Positions 10,183 to 19,257 of a stretch of 64,000 nucleotides of DNA are shown here, piece after piece. The DNA is taken from the NCBI GenBank assembly GCA_963708075.1, contig OY970194.1, positions 2,016,001 through 2,080,000 of the forward strand, read 5' to 3'. Position numbers and translations under genes: made by a program. Within the stretch, counting starts at the first letter, position 1. Every line of letters starts with the position of its first letter. The notes under the pieces were generated by a model. That model worked only from the letters and a program-made list of their open reading frames with translations. It had not been told where the DNA came from and made no database searches. The DNA comes from Sedimentisphaerales bacterium (GTDB taxonomy: Bacteria > Planctomycetota > Phycisphaerae > Sedimentisphaerales > Anaerobacaceae).

Positions 10183-11052
10183 TCACACAAACCTCCGCAA
10201 CTTCAACCCCGCCGCCCCCAAGCCGAGCATACCCAACAGAACGGCCGCCGGAACAGGGACTATGGCCGCGTCGTGGCTGAACCAGTAGATGCCCGGCTGC
10301 AACGTCAGGGGAGTAGCCAGAGTGTACTTCAGAAAGAAAATGTCATCAGTCACGCTGCCCATGTCGGTGCCGAACACGCGGTCCACGCCGGTGTCGCCCC
10401 AGGTGAAGACGCCCGCGACGTTGTCGGATGAGAAGACGTCGCCGGTGAACGAACCCGTATTGACGGGCAGCAGATCTCCGGCCACATTGGACCAGATATT
10501 CATGCGGTATTGAATCATGGGATCGTCCCGGTTGAAACCGGAGTTCTCGTCAAAGTAGCCAATGATCTGATCGAAGGTGGTCGCCGTCTCAATTTTGAAG
10601 TAGCCGGCATAGATCCAGTCGAAGTTGTTGGACATCGAATAGCCGCGATAGAGTCCCGGCGTATCTCCACTTGCCAAACCCTGGGCGGTAGCGTTGTAGT
10701 AGTTCCCGTACGTCCCATCCTCGATACCATTGTTGTTGTAAACAATGCTGGCCCCACTCTTGAGGGTCAAAGCAAAACCGGCGTTTTGGGTGAACCAGTC
10801 ATCCTTGTGCCATGTGTCTAAGGTGTAAGAGCCCCACCCCGGATCATCCGTTATATAGCGGAACGTCCCACCGGACGCATTGTCTCCGTTGGGGATATTC
10901 CCCGTTGGGAATTGGCCGCCAGTAATAATGTAGTAGTAGCCGTGGCTATCGATCTCGTAATCAGCATGCCCATTGAAGAGCTCCGCGCTCGCCAGAGGGC
11001 TGCACGCAGCCACAAGCAATATGGCCAGCAACCGTATCTTCACGTTCATCAT
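10183..11052 (-). CDS. Exosortase substrate 2
   Basis: GGAGG RBS before MMNVKIRLLAILLVAACSPLASA; tail VPVPAAVLLGMLGLGAAGLKLRRFV. Confidence 0.9.
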   Translation of the reverse strand: MMNVKIRLLAILLVAACSPLASAELFNGHADYEIDSHGYYYIITGGQFPTGNIPNGDNASGGTFRYITDDPGWGSYTLDTWHKDDWFTQNAGFALTLKSGASIVYNNNGIEDGTYGNYYNATAQGLASGDTPGLYRGYSMSNNFDWIYAGYFKIETATTFDQIIGYFDENSGFNRDDPMIQYRMNIWSNVAGDLLPVNTGSFTGDVFSSDNVAGVFTWGDTGVDRVFGTDMGSVTDDIFFLKYTLATPLTLQPGIYWFSHDAAIVPVPAAVLLGMLGLGAAGLKLRRFV

Positions 11053-11117
11053 CCTAAAACCTCCCGCTCGCTCCTCCACGCCCAATAGCACGTGTGAGCA
11101 AGACAGCATTTCTCAAA

Positions 11118-11783
11118 TCACACATGCTTACGCAACTTCACACCGGCGACGCCGAGGCCGAGCATGCCTAGCAGAACAGCAGCGGGGACAGGAACTACGG
11201 CAAAGTCAGTGGTAGCGCTAATCGACAGTCCCGTTCCATTCTCTGTCCAGGTTTCGATATACTGCCAGTTGCCTATATCTTCGAGCCAGAATTGCCCGAC
11301 CCCTGTGACCAGCATGACGAAGCCGCTCTCCTCGGAGAAATCGGTGTCTTCTGCAGCAAGAACACTGTAGGAGGAATTCGGACCGAGATACGTATATACG
11401 CCGGTATAGTGATACGTCATCGCAGGGTCAAGATTGACGCCGCTGCCGGAATAGACAAATACATCTGGGTCATACCAATGCGCCCCATCCCAAACCGTCG
11501 GATTGATGCTGAACTGAGTCATGCTAGGGGAGCCCACTTGGTACAACGGGTCCCCGGCAATGCTGTAATGTGGGATCGTGGGACCCAGCACCAAATTGCC
11601 GTCCACATCGTAGTAGTAACCACCAGCAGGCTGCTCCGGTGTCGGTCCTGTGATCATCACGACATCTCCCGTGGTATCACTCCAATCGGTTCCAAGGATG
11701 GGCGTGGTCTGCCAGCTTAGATCTGCGACGGCGGGCGCTGCCACAAAGGCACACAGTACTGCAACAAGAGTCACGCTTCTCAT
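11118..11783 (-). CDS. Exosortase substrate 1 (first gene of the array)
   Basis: GGAGG RBS; signal peptide MRSVTLVAVLCAFVAAPAVA-D; tail VPVPAAVLLGMLGLGVAGVKLRKHV. Confidence 0.9.
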   Translation of the reverse strand: MRSVTLVAVLCAFVAAPAVADLSWQTTPILGTDWSDTTGDVVMITGPTPEQPAGGYYYDVDGNLVLGPTIPHYSIAGDPLYQVGSPSMTQFSINPTVWDGAHWYDPDVFVYSGSGVNLDPAMTYHYTGVYTYLGPNSSYSVLAAEDTDFSEESGFVMLVTGVGQFWLEDIGNWQYIETWTENGTGLSISATTDFAVVPVPAAVLLGMLGLGVAGVKLRKHV

Positions 11784-11829
11784 CGTCTTTAGCCTCCACT
11801 TGGCTTGTTCACATCATGAGTCTTGGATG

Positions 11830-11891
11830 GCTCGCACTCTTGCATCGCAGTGACAGTAGAGAAAACCTCTGCATCGTCACAGGGTGCGAGC
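11830..11891 (-). promoter_or_regulatory. Nested inverted repeat (RNA hairpin) between the RGPP ORF and the first substrate gene
   Basis: GCTCGCAC (11830-37) / GTGCGAGC (11884-91) enclosing GTGAC/GTCAC and AGAG/CTCT stems. Confidence 0.5.
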
Positions 11892-11901
11892 ACACGGAGA
11901 G

Positions 11902-12510
11902 CTACTCATGTGCCAAGTCGGGAGGTCCACGGGAGGCGAGAACGGCAGGCGTGAATTGCGATTGCCGCCAGAGGGCAACGATGGTCTCCTGGCGGTATGA
12001 TGACGTGATGTCCCCTGCCCTGCACTCCGGCTGAACGAAGCAGACCGGCGCATGGCAGAGGCAATCGGGCGAAATGGCGTGGCTGTGACCGATCTGGACC
12101 GGCCCGCCGTCGTGGTACCACTGTGGGACATGACTGAACGACAATCTCTTGACCAGGGGAACGGACCGGCACATCCCCAGGCCCAGCAAGGCATACAGGC
12201 ACAAGCCGAAGCTGTTCTGCCCATCCGACTGGATCTGCGCGGGGGGCAGTTCACCGGCCCGTCCCATTCCGCCATGCAGATGGGGCAGAGACTCGACAGG
12301 AAGCGAACCGAGACTCGCGATGCTCAGGCAATCCAGCGGATTCGAGAAGTCCATGCCCCGGGGAGCAGTTGCGACAGAGGCGCGCACCGCCTGCTGACAC
12401 CCGGCATCCGGCGAAGACACCGGCCTCATGTCCGCGCGAACGGACGTACCGAGTGCAAGTACCCCGAGAATAATGTAGAGACTCTCACTCCGTTGGATCA
12501 CCACAGACAC
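11902..12510 (-). CDS. Membrane protein with signal peptide, TM helix, His/Cys-rich tail and C-terminal RGPP motif (candidate arrest peptide)
   Basis: LYIILGVLALGTSVRA-D signal; FGLCLYALLGLGMCR helix; ends ...VLASRGPPDLAHE*; AAGGTGGA RBS-like sequence before the GTG start. Confidence 0.7.
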   Translation of the reverse strand: MSVVIQRSESLYIILGVLALGTSVRADMRPVSSPDAGCQQAVRASVATAPRGMDFSNPLDCLSIASLGSLPVESLPHLHGGMGRAGELPPAQIQSDGQNSFGLCLYALLGLGMCRSVPLVKRLSFSHVPQWYHDGGPVQIGHSHAISPDCLCHAPVCFVQPECRAGDITSSYRQETIVALWRQSQFTPAVLASRGPPDLAHE

Positions 12511-12532
12511 TCCACCTTAAAATGCAGCCTCT

Positions 12533-12561
12533 AGTCCACCAGAAATCCCTCCCGGTGTCAA
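12533..12561 (-). promoter_or_regulatory. Candidate sigma70-type promoter for the RGPP ORF and substrate array
   Basis: Perfect TTGACA, 17-nt spacer, weak -10 TGGACT preceded by TGG. Confidence 0.35.
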
Positions 12562-12929
12562 GGAAAATCCATGAAAAAACCAGGGATTCGGCCCGCCATG
12601 CACCTTTCCGCCGACATCGCTCGTAACTCCTTTATTCACAAGACCTTGCGAGTGACAGTTGGCACCCCCTCCGCCGCAGATCTGGACCGCAAAACAAGAG
12701 AATCCGAAACAAATCCGGACCCAATCCAGATGACGGACACGCCCTTTACTCGCTTGTCCGTCACTACCTGAATTCAGCGTGTGCGTGCGTTTGCGTCTAT
12801 TCCAGCCTGCGAGCTTCGCGTCACACGGGTTCACAATCTCGCAGGACTCGTCTGATGCTTTGCACGTTCCCCCTTTCGTGCATGTTTCGAGTCTCGATAG
12901 GGGGATTTCGAATTCCCCATCATGCCAGG

Positions 12930-13931
12930 TCACGCACAATCGGGCACATCTGAAGAGGATTTCTTGCGGGCCCGGACGACGGATTCCGCCTGGGCACCCG
13001 GCTGTCCCTTGCAGGACTTGGAATCGGGCATGAAGATCCTATCCATCAGCGAAAGCTCGCCGAACAGCAGCATGACGGCGATGGGCATCATGACATACCC
13101 GGCGAAGTCGTGGAAGAACTTCTCGCCTACTTCACTACTGACATGCAGCATGAGGACCGCCGTCACGAAGATCCGCACGATATTGCAGACCACCGCCACC
13201 GGAATGCTCGACGCCAACAGGACAGCTTTCTGCCACCGCGGTCGCTTGACCATATACGCAATGAACGCCGCGACGATAATGAACGCCATCAGCATACGAA
13301 GTCCGCTGCAAGCCTCCGCCACCGCCATTGGCGTACTCTCCCCCAGCATGACAACATTCCCCTGCTGCCCGACCTCAATCCCCACCGCCTCTAAAAGCAC
13401 GACAGACCCCGTCGTCGCCATCCTCTGCAGCGGTCCGGCAATCAGACGATGAGCGACCCCAGGAAGCGGCAACATGAGGAATAGAAACAGCAGAATCCAA
13501 AGGACACGTCGAAACACCTGACGTCCTGCCACCAGGAGAACCAGTCCTGCCGCCGTCAGAACAAGCGAATACCGCTCGGCCGCGGAACGCATGAAAAGGA
13601 ACCCGTAAGTCCGGACCAGTTGCGCCAATACAACCAAGATGGTCCCCCCCCACCAGCACGGCATCAGCGAGCACTGCCGCAGCCCCTTCCATTCACGCCA
13701 CATGAGAAACACGGCAACCAGCGGAACGAGTTGGCCTGCGGAGTAGTCGTCGCTTTTCTGCCACAAACTGAAAAGACCTGCTGCGACCGGCCAATACGAC
13801 CATGCCGTGATTATCGCCAATACCAGCACGAGCGAGAGGAGCCTCGAGGTGCTACCTTGTGAACAAGCTGCACAGATCGCTTGCAGGGTACCTCGCTGGC
13901 GGGTGTGACGGTCGGTCATATTCGGCCTCAT
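12930..13931 (-). CDS. xrt: Exosortase (EpsH family)
   Basis: Multi-pass membrane protein with VAEACSGLRML (Cys), CNIVRI (Arg) and FFHDFAG (His). Confidence 0.95.
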   Translation of the reverse strand: MRPNMTDRHTRQRGTLQAICAACSQGSTSRLLSLVLVLAIITAWSYWPVAAGLFSLWQKSDDYSAGQLVPLVAVFLMWREWKGLRQCSLMPCWWGGTILVVLAQLVRTYGFLFMRSAAERYSLVLTAAGLVLLVAGRQVFRRVLWILLFLFLMLPLPGVAHRLIAGPLQRMATTGSVVLLEAVGIEVGQQGNVVMLGESTPMAVAEACSGLRMLMAFIIVAAFIAYMVKRPRWQKAVLLASSIPVAVVCNIVRIFVTAVLMLHVSSEVGEKFFHDFAGYVMMPIAVMLLFGELSLMDRIFMPDSKSCKGQPGAQAESVVRARKKSSSDVPDCA

Positions 13932-13932
13932 A

Positions 13933-14684
13933 TCACTTCTTTTCAGGTGACTCGCGGAGTGCCCCTGAGCCCTGGTCCTGAATCATGTTGTCGAATAGAC
14001 TGGCTATGGGTACGAAAGAATCGATGGCAAAGTCCCGGAGGATTTCTTCCGCTATATCCTCCCCGGCGGTCCCAACCGGGGTAATGATCTGTATCTCCGC
14101 CGCATAACGCACCGCCGAATGACGACGCCAGACTTTCCACTGCACCGCCGGAATATCGCTGTAGTGGTGCCCATCAACGATGAGGTAGAGTAGAGTCGCT
14201 ATTCTCTCCATACCCAACCTGTTGCGGGCGAACTCAAAGAGGGTGCATGGCCGCATGGTCCCATCGGCTGCAGGCAGCTCTATCAACCGATGGCTGGCGA
14301 GGAGCCACCCGGCTCCTGAGTAGCAGTTCTCGGGGTTGTGGCGCAGCAGTTCACCAGCGTTGACGCCGCATGTGACATATAATGTGATCGCTTCCTGGCC
14401 GTTACGGCGGGAGTACCGACGGCTGACGTGAGAGTCGGAATCGGTCCGCTGCACTATGGCTTCATCCAGCGGAACGTCCTCGCCCACCCAACCGCCAATC
14501 GCCATCGGAAACCGGCCCAGCGCATCGGCGCAATTGGGGCCCCCGTCGCGGAATCAGCAAAATGTGCAGCCAGCGTGCGGTGCGCGAGAGCAAAAGCCAG
14601 CATCACCAGACTAGCTACAATCGCCGCAAGGATCACCGGCCGGAAGTCCGGCTTGTTGCTTTCTGTGGTTCGTTTCGCCTTCAT
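13933..14684 (-). CDS. epsI: Exosortase-associated EpsI family protein; one frameshift near 14525
   Basis: N-terminal TM in ORF 14454..14684; FPMAIGGWVGED, SRRY and HNPENCYSGAGW in ORF 13933..14505; adjacent to the exosortase. Confidence 0.85.
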
Positions 14685-15467
14685 TTACCTGACAATCTCG
14701 CGGCTGCCCATGAACACCTTCAAGCCCCTGGCGGAGATGGCCTCGGCCAGGACTCTCATGGCGAATCCCGGCAGCACAGACTGCCTCCGCCACCGCCAGG
14801 GCTCACAGACCAGCCGATAAAGGAACTCCGTCCCGGTGCGCTGACAGATTTCCGGGGCCCTCTTGACGCGATCACTGAGGATATCGAAGCTGCCTCCGAC
14901 CCCCATGCAGAACGGCACGTCAATCTTGTCCCAATGCTCGGCAACCCATCTCTCCTGCCGGGGTGACCCCAGTGCGACAAAGAGCATGTGGGCGCCGGAT
15001 GCGTTGATCTGCCTCACGATGTCATTGTCATTCTTGTGGTAGCCGTGAAGTCTTCCGGCAACCTGCAACCGCGGGTACCTTTCACGGAGTCTCTCATAGG
15101 CGGCATCGTTTGTCTCAGGGGTCGCCCCAAACAAGAAAACCCTCATATCCGCATCCTCAGCGGCATTGAGCAGTTCGAAGAACAGCTTCACGCCCGTGAT
15201 TCTCGGTATTCGCCAGCCATTGAGGAACCTGACCGCCGCACAGGTGCCCACGCCGTCACAAATGTGCACGTTTCCTCTGCGCACGATCGATGCAAATGTC
15301 CTGTCACGCCGGCAGAAGCAGACCTTTTCAGGATTGATCGCGATGCAAAAGGTCTTCCTGCCCTCCTGGATCCGACCAAGGATCGTCTGGATGGCATGAT
15401 CATAGGAACGAAAACACGTGATTGGAACACCAAGAACCGCCGTTTGTCTGGCCGTAGGCGCGGTCAT
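14685..15467 (-). CDS. WecB/TagA/CpsF family glycosyltransferase (GT26)
   Basis: AINPEK, ICDGVG, RITGVKL, LFVALGSPRQE, MGVGGSFD and TEFLYRL motifs. Confidence 0.93.
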   Translation of the reverse strand: MTAPTARQTAVLGVPITCFRSYDHAIQTILGRIQEGRKTFCIAINPEKVCFCRRDRTFASIVRRGNVHICDGVGTCAAVRFLNGWRIPRITGVKLFFELLNAAEDADMRVFLFGATPETNDAAYERLRERYPRLQVAGRLHGYHKNDNDIVRQINASGAHMLFVALGSPRQERWVAEHWDKIDVPFCMGVGGSFDILSDRVKRAPEICQRTGTEFLYRLVCEPWRWRRQSVLPGFAMRVLAEAISARGLKVFMGSREIVR

Positions 15468-15636
15468 AGAAGATCAACCTCCGTCTGTGCCACCATGCAC
15501 GACCCGTTCATGCTTGTGCCAAGAAGATCCACGGTACCTCTCCAGTGACAGACTACTCTTTGGTGACGGCTATGCCTGAGATGAGCACTGTGCTGAGGAG
15601 ATTATCGACACTTTGGAATACCTAAGTCTGACATTT

Positions 15637-16314
15637 TCAGAACGCCGTGGCACGCTCTATGGCATTCTGGAATTCCCGATATCCGATACTCATGTGCGAC
15701 AGTACCCTTTCTATTGCCGTTTCGGAGACATCTCCCTCCGTCCTTAACCTGTCCAGGGCATCCTCACGGCTTATCTGGCCATCGCGTATAAGGCAGCTGA
15801 GATTGTCGTCCGTGTCGTTGAATCCCAATATCCTTCTGTATATATAGGACTTCAGCATGGCAATGCTACAGTCCCCCCTCCAACTCGCATTCCGCTCAGG
15901 GTTGGACTCCCACCCGAATTCCCTGGCGATCGTAGATACAATATCGCTCTCCATCCAATGCACGTGCAAATAGAAGGGTGCTAATCGCAGGATGCCATGT
16001 TTCCTGAACAACCGCTTGTTGGTCTTGCAGTAGTAGAATTCTCTCACCTGCGTACATAAGCAAGTGGGGTTCACAATCCAGCGCGGATTCCTCAGTAGTC
16101 GAAGTGCGTACCCCAACACAATTGAATGCGGTTTACCTCCCACGCGATACCTTTTCATCAAGCCCGTCTTGTAGGCACCGCCCTCAAATGGAGTACTGCC
16201 AACAACAACTACAGGGATCTTGTTCGACAGACAGGCGTCCAGAAGCCCTTTCCACATCCCAAGTCGACATCCCGTACATAGCAGTGTTACGGAAGCAGCC
16301 GAGGGTTTGCACAT
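15637..16314 (-). pseudogene. C-terminal part of an N-acetyl-sugar amidotransferase-like protein; N-terminal PP-loop domain absent
   Basis: LCTGCR, GW...WRGDC, LSCLIRDGQISREDAL motifs; no SGGxDS motif, and only ~70 nt to the upstream gene. Confidence 0.55.
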
Positions 16315-16387
16315 CCATGCCGAAAGGTATCGATGCAGGTACTTGCGGTACTCACCCTCCTGAACATAAGTCCCGGCGGACTGCTCA

Positions 16388-16810
16388 TTAGATGATTTGC
16401 CCGAACCGCCCCGTCTGGATGCCCTGGCGGAGGACTCGCGCGGGATTGCCTGCCACCACGCAGCCCGACGGCACGTCTTTGGTCACGATCGCCCCCGCAC
16501 CGACGACCACGTGATCGTCAATTGAAACCCCCGGCAGAACGATAGCTCCGGCCCCAATAAAACACCGCGCCCCGATCCGCGTGTCCGCTTTGAGTCCCCG
16601 AGGATTATCATGTGACAGGATGATCGCTCCTGAAGCCACATACGACTCGAAACCGATGTGGATACCGCGAGGATGCGTTCTGTCCAAGCGTGCCCCCCAG
16701 GAGATCCGCGCGGAAGCATCGATGTCCATGCCGTAGAATCGGGTGCAGGCGCAGTGCTTAAGACGGAGGAACAACCGTCGCACTCTATTTCGGGCAGCAA
16801 CCACAAGCAT
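16388..16810 (-). CDS. Hexapeptide-repeat (left-handed beta-helix) acyltransferase
   Basis: TRIGARCFIGAGAIVLPGVSIDDHVVVGAGAIVTKDVP...AGNPAR. Confidence 0.9.
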   Translation of the reverse strand: MLVVAARNRVRRLFLRLKHCACTRFYGMDIDASARISWGARLDRTHPRGIHIGFESYVASGAIILSHDNPRGLKADTRIGARCFIGAGAIVLPGVSIDDHVVVGAGAIVTKDVPSGCVVAGNPARVLRQGIQTGRFGQII

Positions 16811-17963
16811 ATTCAGACGTTTCTCCCCCGAGGATCTTACGGTAGTATTGCTCATATTGGGACATCATGCGAGACAACGCGAACTTATCAGCCGCAATTC
16901 TCCGGCCGTGTTCGCCCATTTCTCGGGCCCTACCGGGATCGTCGAGCATGAAGATGATCCCGGCTGCCAGGGCTTCCGCATCAGCAGGAGGAACCAAGAG
17001 GCCGTTTACGCCGTGCTCAACTACCTCAGGGAGACCGCCTACGGACGAAGCAACAACCGCCTTACCCAGCATCAGCGACTCGATGCCCCCCCCCGGCAGG
17101 CCCTCCCAAAGTGAAGGCATGATAGTGAACTCGCTGATATCGATAAATGTGGAGACATCCTCATGCTCCCCGCAGAAGATGACATTCTTCTCCAGGCCCA
17201 GCCTGCAGACATGGTTCCACAGTGTGTCCCTGCTTTCTCCGTCACCCACAAACAAGACAACGAAGTCAGGCCGAACTTGTATTACGCTCCTCAGAGCTTG
17301 GATCAAGTAGACGTGACCCTTCTGTTCGGACAAGCGCCCCACGACCGTCCCCACAACGACCTGCTCATTAAGACCTAGACTTGACCGGAGCTTCGCCTGT
17401 TCGTGATGAGTTGAATGCTGAATATCAGTCCCATTGTATATCACAGTTGTGCGTCCAAGGGCTATACCGAAGAAAGTGCTCAAGTTCTTCCTCACACCCT
17501 CTGAGACTGCAACTATGTTCCTGCCGAAAAACGCCCGTGTGTACCTCTTATCATGAAACACGTTCCTGGCAGAGTATACGACTGTCGATCTCGCGAGAGG
17601 CTTTAATAGACAACTGAACATCGCTGTCAGACGATCGTTGCAGTGGATCAAATCAATGCCGTGCTCCCGAACACACCTGAGCAGTCCGGCGTAAGCTGCC
17701 GATGCGTGCAGCAACGTGTGGCGAAACGGGATTCTCACGTGTTTCACGTTTCTCTTTTCCAACTCTCTGACGACACGGCATGACGGCTCGTCATCAGATC
17801 CGAGCCAAACGCCACCAGAGAGTCCGGCGAAATGTACTGCCATCTGGAAGGTGCGTTTCTGAGCTCCACCGGCAAAAAGAGTGCTGTCCGACGAACACCT
17901 TGCCGGGACCAACTGAGAATATAGGTACAGAATACGGCAGTCAGAGAAGCTTGACACAGTCAT
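16785..17963 (-). CDS. Glycosyltransferase family 4
   Basis: VGRLSEQKG, PSLWEGLPGGGIES, ASSVGGLPEVV. Confidence 0.93.
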   Translation of the reverse strand: MTVSSFSDCRILYLYSQLVPARCSSDSTLFAGGAQKRTFQMAVHFAGLSGGVWLGSDDEPSCRVVRELEKRNVKHVRIPFRHTLLHASAAYAGLLRCVREHGIDLIHCNDRLTAMFSCLLKPLARSTVVYSARNVFHDKRYTRAFFGRNIVAVSEGVRKNLSTFFGIALGRTTVIYNGTDIQHSTHHEQAKLRSSLGLNEQVVVGTVVGRLSEQKGHVYLIQALRSVIQVRPDFVVLFVGDGESRDTLWNHVCRLGLEKNVIFCGEHEDVSTFIDISEFTIMPSLWEGLPGGGIESLMLGKAVVASSVGGLPEVVEHGVNGLLVPPADAEALAAGIIFMLDDPGRAREMGEHGRRIAADKFALSRMMSQYEQYYRKILGGETSEYACGCCPK

Positions 17964-19168
17964 GTACGATCACGCACAGTGTGGTAGTATTCTGCCAAAG
18001 CGAGAAGCATCCACGCTTGGAACTCAATATAGGGAATCGGGTTTCTCCAAAGCCATGTGATCTCGCTACAGTATATGCGCCCCTTCCTCATGTGCTCCTG
18101 GGTCCAGTTCAGAACCTTGGCCATGAAGGACAAATTCTCCGGGTCAATATGAGAGTGTTTTGAGAAGAGCACGACAGCCATGGCACAATCACGAAGGTCG
18201 ACCCGCTGAAATAAGGACGAATTCGTCGGACGAAAGCCCGAAACGTAGCGGCGGGGTTTGATGGAATCCGTACTAGGCTCCTCAAAGAGATGAGAGCGGT
18301 AGAAAGCCATCCCCTTCTTGAGGGATGACCGTATCGTTTTGGATTCCGTGCACGTCGATATGTCCAGCAGGGCCTCCAAAATATACGCGGTGTGGAACCC
18401 ATCGACATGATGGCTGTGGCGCCCTTCTCCGTTGAACCACCAACCGTCGGCGTTCTGCTTACTGCAGATGAAGTCGATTCCACCGGCTCCGAGCTCTCTC
18501 ATCGTGGAATGCTCCAACATAACACCAGCTCTGACCAGGAACGCGCTAATCACGGCGCTCGCGTTGTAGACGCGAAAGGGTAGTGTCGGTTCGTAGTAGA
18601 AGTAGATACCGTCCTCTCCCTCATCGCGCGGGTGCTCCCTCACGAAGTACTCCGCTATCTCTGTAGCTGCTTCCAGGTACTCTTGCCTGTGCAACGCCGT
18701 CCACGCATCCAGGAACAAATGCCCAGCTCGAGCCGTGCACAGTGGCGACACTCCATCTTCGGCAGCCCGGTACAATCGGGTGTACACCTTCTTGTTCTGG
18801 CGAATGGCAAAATGCTTCAATGCAGGGGCCCGAAGTTCACCAAGCCGAGAGACATTGACACGAAAGGCATCCAAGAACCGGGCGTCTCCGTATTGCTGCC
18901 ACAGCCGCAGGTAGGCTTTGGCGAGCAGGACTGTGGCCTTAGGATTGATGGCATGTGGGTGACAACCCAGCAACGACCGGAAGTCGAGCGGCGATAATCG
19001 AAACAGCTGACGCCACGCCACACCAAGAACGGGCCATCTCCCACACAAGGTGTCCACAGCCGAGCAACTCGGGAGCGAATTTACGGAGTAGTAAGTATAG
19101 TCTCGTGCTGCCAACCAATCATGAAGATCGGTTATATCACGCGGGACTTGATCTCGCGCCGTTTGCAT
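17960..19168 (-). CDS. Alpha/alpha-toroid protein of polysaccharide clusters, function unknown
   Basis: INPKA, VYNAS, QNADGWW and VDGFHTAYIL motifs; overlaps the next gene by 4 nt. Confidence 0.65.
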   Translation of the reverse strand: MQTARDQVPRDITDLHDWLAARDYTYYSVNSLPSCSAVDTLCGRWPVLGVAWRQLFRLSPLDFRSLLGCHPHAINPKATVLLAKAYLRLWQQYGDARFLDAFRVNVSRLGELRAPALKHFAIRQNKKVYTRLYRAAEDGVSPLCTARAGHLFLDAWTALHRQEYLEAATEIAEYFVREHPRDEGEDGIYFYYEPTLPFRVYNASAVISAFLVRAGVMLEHSTMRELGAGGIDFICSKQNADGWWFNGEGRHSHHVDGFHTAYILEALLDISTCTESKTIRSSLKKGMAFYRSHLFEEPSTDSIKPRRYVSGFRPTNSSLFQRVDLRDCAMAVVLFSKHSHIDPENLSFMAKVLNWTQEHMRKGRIYCSEITWLWRNPIPYIEFQAWMLLALAEYYHTVRDRT

Positions 19169-19257
19169 CAGTTGAGGTAGCTTGAATTCGATGTACGACT
19201 CACGCCACAGAAGATGATCTGCTCGGCCGGCAGATCGCGACGCTGTTGGTCGGCCGG

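Noticed and set aside
5313..11783. Integron-type cassette array
   Set aside because: No attC-like repeated intergenic elements and no integrase; similarity is confined to the coding tails.
12517..12939. 140-aa ORF between the exosortase and the RGPP ORF
   Set aside because: No motifs or clear RBS, and it spans the candidate promoter region.
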